A stretch of 19,457 bases of DNA. Source: Candidatus Zixiibacteriota bacterium (GTDB lineage: Bacteria > Zixibacteria > MSB-5A5 > WJJR01). The notes under the pieces are model-generated. The model was not told the DNA's origin. It searched no databases and was given only the letters and a program-made list of their open reading frames with translations. The stretch spans positions 1 through 19,457 of the forward strand of contig JAVHPP010000026.1 of assembly GCA_036170655.1 (NCBI GenBank). Direction: 5' to 3'. Below are positions 17,302 through 19,457 of this stretch, in pieces (the first letter of the stretch is position 1; each line of letters begins with the position of its first letter). The position numbers and the translations under genes are program-made.

Positions 17302-17330
17302 ATTTCTTTGAATTTCTTTGAATTTCTTTG
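17302..17330 (+). repeat. 10-bp tandem repeat, about 3 copies
   Basis: ATTTCTTTGA ATTTCTTTGA ATTTCTTTG. Confidence 0.85.
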
Positions 17331-17448
17331 TGTACACCTTTTTCAACAAGCCCTTTCGCGGGGGCGACATCTTCAGATATGGGGCACTTGTCAGGTTTTT
17401 CAACGCGCCCTGCATGGGACGTTCCCTGCCGATTTTAGGAATACCACG

Positions 17449-18342
17449 TCAGTTCGTCCGAAGACTGGCTACCCAGCCAGACGGGTCCACTTCCGCGGGC
17501 GCAGGTTCGCCGTCACCATTGCCGGGCTGCGCGACATCGCGGTTGTCGAACCGGGGCATGGCTATGATATCGCTGATCCAAAAGCGACGGGCGGGAGATT
17601 GCGGCTGGAGATTTTCCGGCGCGTGCTTCATGACCAGTCGACCGGGTGTCTCCTCCATGTAAACAGTCCCTTCAAGAGTCTCGGCATCTTCTTCGCTCGC
17701 GCTCCGGGAGGCAATGTGGCTCAGCGACAGGGGGGCCGCCCCGTGTTCAGCCATCATTTTTTCGAGTTCCTCAATCCGAGGGAGATCGTCGATGGAGTCG
17801 AGCCCGAAGTAGCGCAGGAACTCCCGGGTCGTGCCGTATTGCAGCGGCCGTCCCGGCCCTTCGGACCGCCCGGCGATGGAGATCAGATTCCGCTCGAGGA
17901 GCGTGTTCAGCACGCCGCCGCAACTGACGCCGCGGATCCGTTCGATCTCAGGGGTGGAGCATGGCTGTTTGTATGCGATGATTGCGAGCGTCTCCAGACC
18001 GGCACGGGACAGACGCTGGATCTTGGTCTTGATCAACGCCGCCGCAATGGCGGGTCCGAACTGAGGCAACACATACATTTGGTACCCGCCGGCCACCCGG
18101 CGCACTCGCATCGGATGCGCCCCCTCGGTGAGCCGCTGGTTGAGCACAATCACCACTTGATCGATCGTGGTCACCGCGCTGCCATTCAGTGATGGGGCCA
18201 ATGTCGACACCGGCAGGGGTTCATGGGCGGCAAACAACAACGCTTCCACCGTTTGAATCATCTCCTCCGGTATGGCATCCTTGCCGGTGGTCTCGCCAAC
18301 CGGCAGGACCGCTGATACTCCAAGGTCAAGAGTCTCATTCAT
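17449..18342 (-). CDS. scpB: SMC-Scp complex subunit ScpB with long C-terminal extension
   Basis: EALLFAA, LSRAGLETLAIIAYKQP, IRGV and GRPLQYGTTREFLRYFGL motifs; ATGA overlap with scpA. Confidence 0.95.
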   Translation of the reverse strand: MNETLDLGVSAVLPVGETTGKDAIPEEMIQTVEALLFAAHEPLPVSTLAPSLNGSAVTTIDQVVIVLNQRLTEGAHPMRVRRVAGGYQMYVLPQFGPAIAAALIKTKIQRLSRAGLETLAIIAYKQPCSTPEIERIRGVSCGGVLNTLLERNLISIAGRSEGPGRPLQYGTTREFLRYFGLDSIDDLPRIEELEKMMAEHGAAPLSLSHIASRSASEEDAETLEGTVYMEETPGRLVMKHAPENLQPQSPARRFWISDIIAMPRFDNRDVAQPGNGDGEPAPAEVDPSGWVASLRTN

Positions 18343-19151
18343 TCCACGACCTCCACATCCTGGCTCCAGTATTCCGAGCGGGCCACGAGAATCCGCTCAA
18401 AGGGCCGCGCCTGCACCAGCCGGATACGCCGCAACCGCGCCAGTTCCAAGAGAGCAAGAAAGGTCACGATGATCAGCCATCGGGTGGGCAATGTCAGAAA
18501 CAGGGCGGCAAACTCCACTTCGTCGTCGCGGACCAGCATATCCTCCAGTTGCGCGATGCGCTGCTCGACGGTGAGATCCTCGGCTTCAACCCGGCGAAAT
18601 GTCTCTGGCTCCACCCGTGCCAGAACATCGCGAAATGCCGCCAGCAGATCATGCAGGGTCGCATCCATGACGAAACGGCTTTCTGAAGGCAGGGGGCCCG
18701 GCGCTAAATCGGAGCGCGCGTAGATCTCGAGTTCGCTGTCTTCATGTGCTCGCAGTTCCGCCGATGCCTCCTTGTACTTCCGATACTCGAGAAGCGCCTG
18801 AATCAGCTCTTCGCGTGGGTCCTCTTCGTCGGGCGACTCCGGATCACGCGGCAGTAACATCGCCGCTTTGATGCGAATCAGCGTGGCGGCCATCACGATG
18901 TACTCACCAGCCACTTCCAAGTCGCAGGAGTCCAAGAGCTTCAGCATGGACAAATACTCGGCGGTGATCGTGGCGATGGGGATATCGGTAATGTCGATTT
19001 CATCCCGCTTGATCAGGAAAAGCAGCAGATCGAGCGGCCCTTCAAAAATGTCCAGCTTGACCGACACCACGGCCCGGGGGTACTCGCCGAACGCCTCCGT
19101 GCGAGCCCCGTCAGAACCTTTTGGCAATGGTATTTCTTCGGCTTTTTCCAA
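18339..19151 (-). CDS. scpA: Segregation and condensation protein ScpA (kleisin)
   Basis: FEGPLDLLLFLI, AATLIRIKA..LLP, LLEYRKYK and TFLALLEL motifs. The exact start is uncertain. Confidence 0.93.
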   Translation of the reverse strand: MEKAEEIPLPKGSDGARTEAFGEYPRAVVSVKLDIFEGPLDLLLFLIKRDEIDITDIPIATITAEYLSMLKLLDSCDLEVAGEYIVMAATLIRIKAAMLLPRDPESPDEEDPREELIQALLEYRKYKEASAELRAHEDSELEIYARSDLAPGPLPSESRFVMDATLHDLLAAFRDVLARVEPETFRRVEAEDLTVEQRIAQLEDMLVRDDEVEFAALFLTLPTRWLIIVTFLALLELARLRRIRLVQARPFERILVARSEYWSQDVEVVE

Positions 19152-19242
19152 TGACGCACCTTTCCCGTGACGAGCCCCCCAAGGCGCTGCGCCGATTCAA
19201 TGTGGATGAGTCTTCCCAGTTCGGCAATAGGAAAATTCAACA

Positions 19243-19290
19243 AAAATGCAACACGGCCTGGCCCCGTGACCGGGGGCCGACCGTGTTACA
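19243..19290 (-). terminator. Terminator-like hairpin upstream of scpA
   Basis: Minus strand TGTAACACGGTCGGCCCC...GGGGCCAGGCCGTGTTGCA followed by TTTTT. Confidence 0.5.
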
Positions 19291-19404
19291 ACTGGCGAGT
19301 ATGACGGGGAGAATCCTGTACTGTACTGTGGCCAATTCTCCCAGTTTGTGATACGGAGCTGGGGCGGCGGGGTTCCACTGTTTTGTGGGGGGCCTCTAGT
19401 ACCG

Positions 19405-19447
19405 GCGTGGCAGCGGTCTTCGACCGCTGTCGGCCGAAGGCCGAAAA
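19405..19447 (+). repeat. GCGTGG double-hairpin repeat, copy 3
   Basis: GCGTGG-CAGCGGTC-TTC-GACCGCTG-TCGGCC-GAA-GGCCGA-AAA; matches the reverse complement of 6237-6279 at 39/43. Confidence 0.8.
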
Positions 19448-19457
19448 ACGACTCATG

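Larger units (their letters stand above)
17166..17353. mobile_element. MITE-like element with GGGC(A/T)TGTTGAAAA terminal inverted repeats
   Basis: Left end GGGCATGTTGAAAAG, right end TTTTTCAACAAGCCC. The TIR core is the same as at 4559-4646. Confidence 0.6.

Noticed and set aside
15876..18192. 395-aa and 334-aa plus-strand ORFs
   Set aside because: Antisense to lysS/rluB and scpB; the second also reads through repeat DNA.
19307..19342. GGGAGAAT...ATTCTCCC inverted repeat as a riboswitch or ncRNA
   Set aside because: Only an 8-bp stem, with no recognisable conserved RNA motif.

Overview
GC-rich bacterial chromosomal window from a diderm (lolDE present), mostly housekeeping genes. Left end, minus strand: an arsenic-resistance unit (arsR followed by a truncated acr3). 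Divergently on the plus strand: a metal-uptake operon of fur, feoB, a 61-aa eight-cysteine ORF and a DtxR-FeoA fusion. Next come an Fpg/Nei glycosylase and a repeat-rich spacer containing an IS3-family right-end remnant. The rest is a long minus-strand block read right to left: scpA, scpB, rluB-like, lysS, lolE, lolD, mcsA, mcsB, clpC, then rpmA and fumC. Three signals stand out. (i) Two elements share TGTTGAAAA...TTTTCAACA terminal inverted repeats but enclose unrelated REP-like doublets. (ii) A 40-bp double-hairpin repeat occurs three times, with compensatory stem changes. (iii) The feo operon has a Cys8 mini-protein translationally coupled to feoB, and its only FeoA domain is fused to a DtxR with an atypical HTH. 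No rRNA, tRNA or CRISPR array was seen. All calls come from reading the sequence; no searches were run.
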